DNA from: Squalus acanthias
Lineage: Eukaryota
Reading direction: 5' to 3'
NCBI GenBank assembly: GCA_030390025.1
Contig: CM059433.1
Location: 14,076,001-14,140,000 of the forward strand
Length of the DNA stretch: 64,000 nucleotides
Shown here: one piece after another, positions 38,191 through 49,305 of the stretch
Layout: each line of letters begins with the position of its first letter
Numbering within the stretch: position 1 is the first letter of the stretch
Position numbers and translations under genes: made by a program
The notes under the pieces: generated by a model
Databases searched by the model: none
What the model was told of the DNA's origin: nothing
Seen by the model: only the letters and a program-made list of their open reading frames with translations

Positions 38191-39358
38191 TCATTCATTC
38201 GAATCGCAGTCTGATGAGCCGATCACGGACAGCCCATCTGAAGGCCAATTGTCTCGCTGCCTCCTCCCTTCCTCCTGTTCCTCCTCCTCATCCTCTTCCT
38301 CCTCATTCTCATCCTCCTCCTCCTGAGGTGGTCCCACAATCCCTGCTGGCAAGGGCTGCACCCACAAGATGGACAAGTTGTGGAGCATGCAGCAGACCAC
38401 CACAAAATGGGACATCCGCTCCAGCGAGTACTGGAGGGCTCCTCCCAAGCAGTCAAGGCAGCGGAACCATTGCTTCAATAAGCCGATGGTCTGCTCGATG
38501 ATGTTCCTGGTGGCAGCATGGCTCTCATTATATGAGTGTCGGGCATGAGTGTTGGGGTTGCGTAGGGGAGTCATGAGCCAGGTGGAGAGCGGATAGTCCT
38601 GGTCTCCGATCAGCCACCCTCAAGCTTGGCGTGGTGGCTGGAAGAGTGCTGGCACACCGGTCTGGCACAGGATGAAGGCATCGTGGCTGCTGCCAGGATA
38701 GCGGGCATTCACATTGAGGATTCGCTATCTGCGGTCATACACCAACTGCATATTAAGTGAGTGGTAGCTCTTGCGGTTACGGAAGATCTCAGGATTGTTA
38801 TGCGGTGCCCGCAAAGTCACATGGATGCAGTCGATGGCGCCCTGCACCAGGGGGAAGCCCGCTATCCTGGCAAAGCTACATGCACGCTCGTCCTGCTTCT
38901 CTCTGTAATCCTGAAGCCAATGTAATCCGTTCTTCTGTTGTAGAGAGTCTCAGTGACCTCCTGGATGCAGCAATGGACGGCGAATTGTGAGATGGTAGAT
39001 ATGTCTCCTGTTGCAGACTGGAAGGATCCGCTGACAAAGAAATGGAGGGCCACAGTAACCTTGACTGCCACTGGGAGAGCCGTGGCCGCCCAGGTGTAAG
39101 GCTGGAGGTCTGGTTGCAGGAGGTGGCAGAGTTCTGTGACCACCTCCTTGGTGAAGCAAAGCCTTCTAATGCACTGCTCCTCGCTTAATTGAAGGTAGGA
39201 GAAGTGCTCTCGGAATATCTCGAAGGATAAGGCCTCCTGGTGAGAGCCCTGATGGCCCTCCTCCTCCATCTGGGCACATGTTCCAGTCTTTCTCGCTGCC
39301 TCTGCTCTCTCCGCTGTAGATCCTGGAGGGTGAGGTGGCATGTAGGTACAGCCCCCAT
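38191..39358 (-). pseudogene. Harbinger DDE transposase (HARBI1-related), disabled
   Basis: [46 protein letters not shown] and [26 protein letters not shown]; stops and frameshifts present. Confidence 0.92.
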
Positions 39359-40421
39359 TACCAAGTGTAGCAGTTTGATTCTTTGAAGAATAAATGTGGT
39401 GACTTTTTAGTTGCCACAAGACTCCTGATACAAAAGAACCTTGAATTACTGAATGAAACTGTTGCAGTGGGTGACACTAACAAAAAACTACTAAAACTGC
39501 ACTAACCTGACAGCTGCGAGTGATTACTGATGATCCTCTTAAATAACGTCCCTGGAGCCGGCTTCCTGATGCTGCATGCCAGCTCTCCCTGTCGGTGTTT
39601 ACTCCAGGCGGTGAAGTAAATGGCGAGAATCAATTTTGCAAATCGGGCGGTTAGTGAGCGTCCCACACTCACTGACTTCACAATCTACCTGGCATTGACG
39701 TTCCCGTGATACCTCTTACCAGCGGCGCTACGGGGAGGGGCGGATTTGGCGTGCGGCACTGGATTCGCCTCGCCCCAGCAATACTGCTCTAGTGCCCCAT
39801 TAGTGTCATCTACTGGCGCTAACGGGAGGCGCTAAGGGGACGAATTTTCCCCCCAAAGTGTCTGTGAGTAGAGAAACCGACAGTGAAAGCTGTACCGGAG
39901 AGTGAAAGCCATGAGATTCGTTGTGGGATATTGAAGCACAACAAATCATTTACCATAAGTACGATAAAACATTCCACTATCCATGTAAAATGCTCCCGTC
40001 ATTATAAAACAGCACACACCACCATGGGGGAATCAGCGTGTATGTAATGTAAAAAATATTTAGAAAAAGGTTGTGCCCAGTGTGCATTCTGTCCATCACA
40101 CTTCCTGTGTCACACCTCAGGCCTCACACGTGATATGAAAAATATGTCACGCTTGCACCAGATTAGTTCAAACTTCATATTCATAAATCAGCCACAAGTT
40201 ACTACAGAAGAGGTAGTGAATATAATCATCAAACATGAAGACCTCGGGTATGTAAACTTCCAATGAGGACGGACTGAGGATATACGAAATGATGAATCAA
40301 GAATTAGCAATAAGCAACGTCCGTCAACAAAAGTAAAGGAAGATATTTAACTCAATCAAAGGATTGTTGAAAAGCCTATTGGCCACCATTTTGTTTCCCC
40401 CAGTAAGCTGAGCACTCACTA

Positions 40422-40776
40422 CAGGAAACTCTCATTTAAACGGCACCTAATTATCCGGAATTCTCTAATAACCGGCAGAATTCATACTCCGAAAACTACA
40501 GTATACAGTCGTTTATAAGTTTTGTTTTACTGTTAAGTAATTAAAGAGTTATGGATTACCCTCAACTGGCATTACTGTACTTAATCAAGCATCATCCACC
40601 ATCCATTTAATACAACATTCTGTCGGGGAGTGCCCAATTATACTGCACATTTCTTGATTTTTTTATTTTTGTTTGTTAAAAATAGCCTCGGTAGGTATAC
40701 CTCTCCGTTATCCAGAATTTTTAATCAACCGGCACCATCCCGGTCCCGTCGGTGCCGGATACGAAAGAGTTTCCTG
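40422..40776. mobile_element. Tigger/pogo-like (Tc1/mariner) MITE
   Basis: TIRs CAGGAAACTCT...CGGCAC / GTGCCG...AGAGTTTCCTG; TA on both sides. Confidence 0.82.
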
Positions 40777-42140
40777 TACTAGGAAAAAAGTTTGAAAAAT
40801 AATAGACTTTAAACTTTTTTTTTTCAAACAGGCAATTATTAAACTTAACTAGACAATCACATTTTGCCTGTAACAATGTTTTCTATCAGAGGGCTGTACA
40901 TTTCTGCACATACCCTGATGTGCCACTGTCAGCTGCAGACACTCAACAGGGTAACCAATGTTTATAACTGCTCAAACCTTTTATGATTGACAGCAAGGCT
41001 GGCATCTCGAGAGCACTGTTTAAAAACTCTGCTTGTTCCAATCGAAAATGACTCCGAATGAAACCCCCCCAAGGGAAACCATTAAAAGCAACCAGATTTT
41101 CTTTTGCTTGAAATAGTTTGAGCATGAACTCTTCAACTTTTTTCTGAAGTAATCCTGAATGCAAAAAATCTGCATGTTATATGCTAGTTGACCTCCTACA
41201 TTGCTGCTGGCAAATACATTGAGAAAGCCAAACACAGATGCAGCTGAACAAGCCAGCGACTGGGAAAAGATGGGCAGGAATGGCTTGGAGTGAGCCTTGA
41301 TATTTTGTAATGTATTCGAAATAGTTACCGCAGCTGCAATTCTTTTTGTTCATATTTATAATCGGAATTCGAAACCACTGCTCAGAGCAGTGGCAACCTC
41401 TGAATAGACTGCACCATTATTCAAGTCATTATGAAAGTCCTAAATTTAAGCACTTCATTACTTTCAGTCGCATTAAGCATTGTTGCAACGGTACTTGGTA
41501 AAGAAGGAAAGATGCAAAATTAGTTTAATATTATCTTGTCCTATAGTTTTATTTGCTGTAAAACCTACATCCTGTCAAATGGACAGTAAAGCTAAAGAGC
41601 TGCTCGCCCATATTCCATGCAGAGGTATCTTTATGCAAATGTAGCATGTCCTGGAACACATTTATTTATTTGCCTTCAGTGGGTGAGGAACTTCCATCCA
41701 CCCCATGACCGTATCCCAAATCCCCGGGTCAGGGGTTTTTCGCATATTTTGGTTGTGCGCCCGCTGCATTTTTAGCACAAGCTCGATACCCACTTCAGCA
41801 GAGAGGGCAGAGGGATATTGCTATGGAAACGTGCTGCAGTTTAAGTGAGCCAGCTAAAGATCTTTTTTTTTTTTAAAACCCTCTAGTTCGTACTTGCTGT
41901 TTTATGATGGGAAACTAACCTTTGTAAACATTACCGGTCCCATGCACACCAGAATCAGATCTGAGCAAGTAAATATTACAGTGGAGGAATCCCATCAGTC
42001 CCACCTCTTCCAGTGAAGTCTGTATGGAAGGAGGTGGACATAAGGAGCAGGTATCCTGACTTCCAGCAGAATTTTGAAATTTATGAAAGACCCGATGAAA
42101 CCATTTCCTGTCCCAAATTCTTCTCCCAGACACCCAGATT

Positions 42141-42614
42141 AAAGAAAGAAAGACTTCCATTTATATAGCGCCTCTCACGACCACCGGACGTCTCAAAGCG
42201 TTTTATAGCCAATGAAGTACTTTTTTTTGAAGTGGAGTTGTTGTTGTAATGTGGGAAACGCAGCAGCCAATTTGCGCACAGCAAGCTCCCACAAACAGCA
42301 ATGTAATATTGACCAGATAATCTGTTTTTGTTATGTTGATTGAGGGATAAATATTGGCCAGGACACCGGGGATAACTCCCCTGCTCTTCTTTGAAATAGT
42401 GCCATGGGATCTTTTACGTCCACCTGAGATAGCAGACAGGGCCACGATTTAACATCTCATCCAAAAGACGGCACCTCCGACAGTGCAGCACTCCCTCAGC
42501 ACTGCACTGGAGTGTCAGCCTAGCTTTATGTGCTTCAAGTCCCTGGAGTGGGACTTGAACCCACAACCTTCTGACTCAGAGGCGAGTGTGCTACCCACTG
42601 AGCCACAGCTGACA
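42141..42614 (-). mobile_element. Deu-domain tRNA-SINE
   Basis: Full-length copy, highly similar to 29339-29793. Confidence 0.87.
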
Positions 42615-43294
42615 GTGGTCACAGATTACGCAATTTATTTGCACCAGAATGGAGGAATCGCAGGACTAATTTATTTATTTTGCAGGAACTATTCAAGAAA
42701 ATACTTCATTGTCTTTGGGGAGATCCCTTATGAACTTCTTTCCTAATTTTTTTATTTGATATTTGCTCCCTTCCCCAATTCCAGACCCCAACAAGTCCCC
42801 TCCCTGCAACAGTGCTACCTCTGACTCACCAGGAGCAATGCTGCAGGAGATGTTCAGTTTATACAATGATTGGAGCTGACCACATCATACAAAGATGAAA
42901 AGAAGAACATTTGGTCAGGCAGATTTACCTCTTCGACACTTTGATAAGAAGCATCAGCTGGGGAGAGCGCAAAGAGGAAAATCAGGCAAGGAGGATCAGA
43001 TGCTCACATCACAACCTGCCCAATTTTATATCCATTTAAATTATTGGAGAAAAAAAATTGGTTGCTCTCCATTATGAACATGCAATCCTCCCTGCCCGAT
43101 TTTCCTCTGATCGTGTCCTGCTAGATGAATGAGTTGAAAGATATGCATTTATCTAGCACCTTATCACGTTAAAGAGTTCCACATAAAATAAGTTATCTTG
43201 AAGTACAGTAACTATTGTAATGTAAGCAATCAAAGCAGCCAATTTGCATACAGCAAGGTCCCACAAACAGTAATGAAACAGATGACCTGTTAAT

Positions 43295-43434
43295 ACAAAA
43301 GCAAAATACTGCAGATGCTGGAAATCTGAAATAAAAACAGAAAATGCTGGAAACACTCAGCAGGTCAGGCAGCATCTGTAGAGAGAGAAACAGAGTTAAC
43401 GTTTCAGGTCGATGACCCTTCGTCAGAACTTCGT
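43295..43434 (-). mobile_element. Short hammerhead-bearing Penelope-type element
   Basis: Flanked by the 16-bp direct repeat CAGATGACC(T/A)GTTAAT at 43279-43294 and 43435-43450. Confidence 0.78.
43394..43430 (-). ncRNA. Minimal type I hammerhead ribozyme motif
   Basis: Minus strand: AGUU-CUGACGA-A-GGGUC-AUC-GACCU-GAAA-CG-UU-AACU; helix III region is the palindrome AACGUU. Confidence 0.8.
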
Positions 43435-43985
43435 CAGATGACCAGTTAATCTAGTTTACAGTGATATTGGTTAAACATTACTTTCTGACTCAAAGGCAAA
43501 AAACTACTAACTGAGCCAAACTGACACTCACAAATGCTCTGTTGTTACATTCCCCCCACCATTTACATCAGCTATGCTGATGGCAGCCGCCGCCTATATC
43601 AAGCAAATGTCGCTAATCATTTGCCGTTACCATTGAATTCAATTACAATAACACTGCTTATAACACATTAAATCCTTTCACACCTCATTAAAGTGCGATT
43701 AAGTACTGTTAATTATTCACCTGAGGAGCTGGCTGCCTCAGTACTGCAGTGCCACTGCAATGAAAAAATGTTTCAGCAAAAAGGGAATCCATTTTTTCCA
43801 AAACTTTCCCTGAACTCTCGGTGAGCTAAAGCTGAATCTCTGCTGGAAAGACTTCAGAGACTTGACCACAACTCTCCTCCTTGTCTACTGAAAGCGCTGT
43901 CCACACATTTTATCTGTTCGTCATGTCCCAGCCAGCTACATTCAGCTAAATATGGGTAACCTGTCTCCTTGTTGTCCTGCGATAA

Positions 43986-44855
43986 AATACAAACAGAAAA
44001 TGCTGGAAATACTCAGCAGGTCGGGCAGCATCAGTGGAGAAAGAAACAGAGTTAATGGCCGGAAATTTCCCCTAAAAAAAAGGGTGGATTTGGAGCGTGT
44101 GGTGGGGGGGGCAGTTAAATTGTTAAAAGTGGGATTCCCGACCTGATCCCAACTCCAACCCGCCCACTTCCGGTTTTACCGGTGGCGGGGTGGGGCGGGG
44201 CGGCGGGCGGGCAGTCAACCCGTTCCCAGGGAGCGGAACCTCAATTTAAATATTGTAATGAGGCTGGAAGCCTCTGCTTTCCCCGTCCATTTTAAATTTC
44301 ACTACCTGGGGATGGGTTTCACAACATATAAACCATGCCACGATCCTCCGCCCCCACCCCCCATCGCTGGCCAACGCGCCCTCACCCCCCCATCGCTGAC
44401 CCCACCTCCCTCCAGCAATGCTGACCCCCGGACCGACAATCCCTAAACCCAGACCCCCCCGATCTTGGAACCCCCTCCGGCAATCCCGGACCCAGGACCG
44501 GCAACGCCGACTGAGGCCCACCCGCCCGCAGCCAGCCAGTCTTTCAAGTTGGCTGGCTGCAGGAGGGAATCCGAGGCTTGAAATTCAAATTAAGTCCCGT
44601 CGGTAAAATCGGCAGAGCCTGCGGGAAACCCGCCCGCCTCGGAGACCCCCACCCCAGCCCCCAACCCACCTACCTGGAGAAAATCACAGCCAATGTTTCA
44701 GATCGATTACCTTTTCTGTTCTGACGAAGGGTCATCGACCTAAAATGTTAACTCTGTTTCTCTCTCCACAGATGCTGCCTGACCTGCTGAGTATTTCCAG
44801 CATTTTCTGTTTTTATTTCAGATTTCCAGCATCCAAAGTATTTTGCTTTTGTATT
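43986..44855. mobile_element. Inverted-arm hammerhead-type short element, split by a MITE
   Basis: Inverted arms; plus-strand ribozyme copy at 44717-44753 has GAAA mutated to AAAA. Confidence 0.75.
44057..44691. mobile_element. Harbinger-type MITE
   Basis: TIRs GGCCGGAAATTTCC / GGAGAAAATCACAGCC; TSD AAT. Confidence 0.82.
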
Positions 44856-45690
44856 AGTTCTACCATAACACTGATTATCACACTTAAAATGTGCCTTTCA
44901 AAGATTATTGAACACCAATTTCGGATTTTGTCAACCCTCAAAGATAATTTTAAAATGGCAGTTATTGTTTTAAGTAAAGAGGGGCCAGAGAATCGCTACA
45001 TTTTACCAAGAAGCACACTCGATCAGTACGCGGTACTGTACAATATTACGGATAGTTCACTGATCTATAACCATCAGCATTCCACTTTCACAAACCAACA
45101 TGACTTTCTCGCTACTCCAACTGGCTACTATCGATGGATTCAAATGTTGCCCAAATTTTACACTTAGCTTCATGATAATATCTATCTAAAGGCTGATCAA
45201 TGCTACGGGGTTATTACAGTCGATTTGTAACTAGATTATATATCACCAATAACGTTACAGTCAAGGCGGATCTGTTTTGTTTAGCTCTAAGGAGTCGGGT
45301 TTTACACACGGTGGGGACTTTATCACGCGTAGTGACAGGAGTTCTGCCACCTTTGTCAAAAAATATGTTTAGGAAAGAAGATACGTTGGAACTGATTCAT
45401 ATGTTTCTTTGGAAACCAGCCTGATATTTATGTTCAGATTCACAGAGGAGCTTGTGGGTTTGTTTTGCAAGCCCACTGACAAATCCCTGAGCTAGAAAGG
45501 AGTTGAAGTCATAGTTGCTGGGAACTGCAAGGTGCAGTCCTGGGCGCAGAGCTGGAAACTAAGATGCAGGAGGTCAGTTTTTACTGAAAATTTATTAGAA
45601 AGTAACGTTACAACGAAAACAAGTAAATCATCCTGAAAAAGGGACAAGGTGCATGGTTTAGTATTTTCTTACTTTTTGAGAAGTAAGATG

Positions 45691-45877
45691 AGGGGTAATT
45701 TTGACTTTTGTGCAATAGTGTAAAATGGGTGATGGCAAATCAGCAGCCAATTTTACATCTCTCCTGATTTTTATTTTTATTGATTTCAATGGAAATAAAA
45801 ATTGGGAGAAATGTAAAGCAGTCTGGCGATTCGTTATCGCCTGTTTCACACTATCTCACAAAGTCAAAAATACCCAC
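45691..45877. mobile_element. Fully palindromic ~187-bp MITE
   Basis: Arms pair imperfectly along their whole length around the centre ATTGATTTCAAT; related to 28281-28434. Confidence 0.75.
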
Positions 45878-46126
45878 ATTGAATGAATACAGTAGGATTT
45901 CCTTCACTGTTACTTAATATCTTCAGTTGCTGTCTACAAAATAAAGTAGCTTAATGACCCATATCAGGCCTCATCTCACTAAAGTGTTTCTCAGTCCACC
46001 AACCAAAAGATTGGGGAAGTGCACTTGAGGACTCATGTGAAAGGCACAATATCCAGTTGAGATTATAAGAGGATCCTAGTGTTAAACTCCTGTCTTGCAC
46101 TATTGCATAACTAGATATCGAGTAGT

Positions 46127-49017
46127 AAGAACATAAGAACATAAGAAATAGGAGCAGGAGTAGGCCATTCGGCCCTTCGAGCCTGCTCCGCCATTCACTG
46201 AGATCATGGCTGATCTTCTGCCTCAACTCCATTCACCGGCCCTATCGCCATATCCCTTGATGCCTTTACTAGTCAGAAATCCATCGACTTCTGTTTTGAA
46301 TATACCCAATGACTGAGCCTCCACAGCCCTCTGGGGTAGAGAATTCCAAAGATTCACCACCCTCTGTGTGAAGAAATTTCTTCTCCTCTCAGTCCTGAAT
46401 GGCCTATCCTTTATCACGAGGCTGTGGCCCCTGGTTCTGGACTCCCCAGCTAAGGGAAACATTCTCCCAGCATCCATCATAGAAACATAGAAGATAGGAG
46501 CAGGAGTAGGCCATTCGGCCCCTCGAGCCTGTTCCGCCATTTAATGAGATCATGGCTGATCATCCAAATTCAGTACCCTGTCCTTGCTTTCTCCTCATAT
46601 CCCTTGATCCCTTTAGCCTTAAGAAATATATCTAACTCCTTCTTGAATATATTTAATGAATTGGCCTCAACTGCCTTCTGTGGTAGAGAATTCCACAGGT
46701 TCACCACTCTCTGGGTGAAGAAATTCCTCCTCATCTCAGTCCTAAATGGCTTACCCCTTATCCTTAGACTGTGACCCCTGGTTCTGGAGTCCCCCGCCAT
46801 CGGGAACATCCTTCCTGCATCTAGTCTGTCTAGTCCTGTTAGAATTTTATAAGTTTCAATGAGATCCCCTCCCATTCTTCTAAACTCTAGCGAATACAAG
46901 CCCAATCGATCCAATCTCTTTTCATACGTCATTCCTGCCATCCCAGGTATCAGTCTGGTGAAACTTCGCTGCACTCCCTCCATGGCAAGAACATCCTTCC
47001 TCAGATAAGGTGACCAAAACTGCATACAATACTCAAGGTGTGGTCTCACCAAGGCACTGTACAACTGCAGCAAGACCTCCTTGCTCCTGTACTCGAATCC
47101 TCTCGCTGTGAAGGCCAACATACCATTTGCCTTCTTAACCGCCTGCTGCACCTGCATGCTTACCTTCAGCGACTGGTGCACAAGGACACCCAGGCCTCGT
47201 TGCACTTCCCCTTTTCCCAATCTATTGCCGTTCAGATAATAATCTGCCTTCCTGTTTTTGCCACCAAAGTGGATAACTTCGCATTTATCCACATTATACT
47301 GCATCTGCCATGCATCTGCCCAATCACCCAACCTTTCCAAATCATACTGGAGTTTCTCTGCATCCTCCTCACAGCACGCACGCCCACCCAGCTTTGTGTC
47401 ATCTGCAAACTTGGAGATATTACATCTAGTTCCCTCGTCTAGATCATTTATATATATTGTGAATAACTGGGGTCCTAGCACTGATCCCTGTGGTACCCCA
47501 CTAGTCACTGCCTGCCACTCGGAAAAAGACCCGTTTATTCCAACTCTTTGGTTCCTGTCTGCCAACCAGTTCTCTATCTAAGTCAGTACCTTACCCCCAA
47601 TCCCATGTGCTTTAACTTTGCACACTGATCTCTTATGCAGGACCTTATTGAAAGCCTTCTGAAAGTCCAAATACACCACATCCACTGGTTCTCCCTTATC
47701 TATTCTACCAGTTACATCCTCAAAAAATTCCATGTTGACTTTGTCCGATCCTGTCACTGTTTTCCAAGTGCTCTGCTATCACATCTTTTATAATGGACTC
47801 TAGCATTTTCCCCACTACCAATGTCAGGCTTACCGGTCTATAATTCCCCATTTTCTCTCTACCACCTTTTTTGAATAGTAGGGTTTCATTAGCTACCCTC
47901 CAGTCCATGGGAACTGTTCCAGAGTCTATAGAATTTTGGAAGATGACCAGCAATGCATCTACTATTTCTAGGGCCACTTCCTTAAGTACCCTAGGATGTA
48001 GATTATCAGGCCCTGGGGATTTATCGGCGTTCAATTCCGTCAATTTCCCTAACACCATTTCCCTACAAATACTGATTTAATTCAGTTCCTCCCTCTCATT
48101 AGACCCTATGTTCTATCACATCCTATCAAGCCCTATAATAATTTTGTATGCTTCAATGAGATCCCCTCTCATTCTTCTGAATTCAAGAGAATACAGGCCT
48201 AGTTTACTCAATCTCTTCTCATACGACAGTCCTGCCATCCCAGGAATCAATCTCATGAACCTTCGTTGCACTCCCTCTATGGCAAGTATATCCTTCCTTA
48301 GGTAAGGAGACCAAAATTGTACACAGTACTCCAGGTGTGGTCTCACCAAGGCCCTATATAATTGGAGTAAGACTTCTTTACTCCTGTACTCAAATCCTCT
48401 TGTAATGAAGGCCAGCATACGATTTGCCTTCCTAATGGCTTGCTGCACCTGCACATTCACTTTCAGTGACTCATGTACAAGGACACCCAGGTCTGTTTGA
48501 GCATCTGCATTCCCCAATCTTTCACCATTTAGGAAATACTCTGCCTTTCTGTTTTTTCTACCAAAGTGGATAACTTCACATTTATCCACATTATATTCCA
48601 TCTGCCATGTTCTCGCCCACTCACTGAGCCTGTCGAGATCCCCTTGAAGCCTCTTCACATCCTCTTTGCAACTGACACTGCCACCTAGCTTTGTATCATC
48701 AGCAAATTTGGAAATGTTACATTTAGTCCCCTCATCCAAATCATTGATATAGATTGTGATTAGCTGAGGCCCAAGCACCGATCCTTGCGGTACCCCACTA
48801 GTCACAGCCTGCCATCCTGAAAAAGATCCATTTGTCCCTACTCTTTGTTTTCTGTCTGTTAACCAATTCTCAATCCATGCTAGTATATTACCCCCAATTC
48901 CATGTGCCCTAATTTTGTTCACCAACCTCTTGTGTGGGACCTTATCAAAGGCCTTCTGAAAATCCAGATGCACCACATCTACCAGTTCCCCTTTGTCTAC
49001 TCCACTAGTTACATCCT
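46127..49017 (-). mobile_element. CR1 (RT to 3' end) split by a nested CR1
   Basis: ORF 48116-48976 ends ...GLDRM; the reading resumes as DAGRMFP near 46474. Confidence 0.9.
46478..48118 (-). mobile_element. Nested CR1 (RT and 3' end)
   Basis: ORF 46570-47565 (331 aa RT C-terminal half) and 47720-48058; has its own tail; short CAT(C) duplication at the junctions. Confidence 0.92.
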
Positions 49018-49139
49018 AAATTTAAGGGGTCACTCCTAAATGTAAGATGCTCAAACCACTTATGAGAATGACCAACAGCTCTGAAACCAAGAGAATATCG
49101 AGGCCAGATATGAAATTTGTAACAATTATATTAGCAGAC

Positions 49140-49244
49140 AAATGTTTCCCACATTACAGCAATGACTACACTTCAAATGTACTTCATTGGCTGTAAAGTG
49201 CTTTAGGATGTCCTGAGATTGTGAAAGGTGAGTCTTTCTTTCTT

Positions 49245-49277
<33 letters not shown>

Positions 49278-49305
49278 TTCTCTCTCTCTTTCTTTCTCTC
49301 TTTCT
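49140..49305 (+). repeat. Deu-SINE 3' fragment with expanded TC-rich tail
   Basis: TTTCCCACATTACAG...GTACTTCATTGGCTGTAAAG followed by (TC)n/(TTTC)n. Confidence 0.7.

Larger units (their letters stand above)
37470..39854. mobile_element. Decayed Harbinger/PIF DNA transposon (left TIR not seen)
   Basis: Convergent Myb/SANT and transposase genes; right terminus ...CGAATTTTCCCCCC followed by AAA GT. Confidence 0.85.
43140..43510 (-). mobile_element. Old Deu-SINE relic, interrupted
   Basis: GCAGCCAATTTGC..CAGCAAGGTCCCACAAACAG core. Confidence 0.65.

Noticed and set aside
40943..41340. Overlapping minus-strand ORFs that look protein-like
   Set aside because: No ATG start, bounded by stops, and no recognisable motif or splice structure.
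41920..42030. Possible minus-strand exon (CCATACAG ... AAG|GTTAGT)
   Set aside because: The translation is unrecognisable and no partner exons were found.
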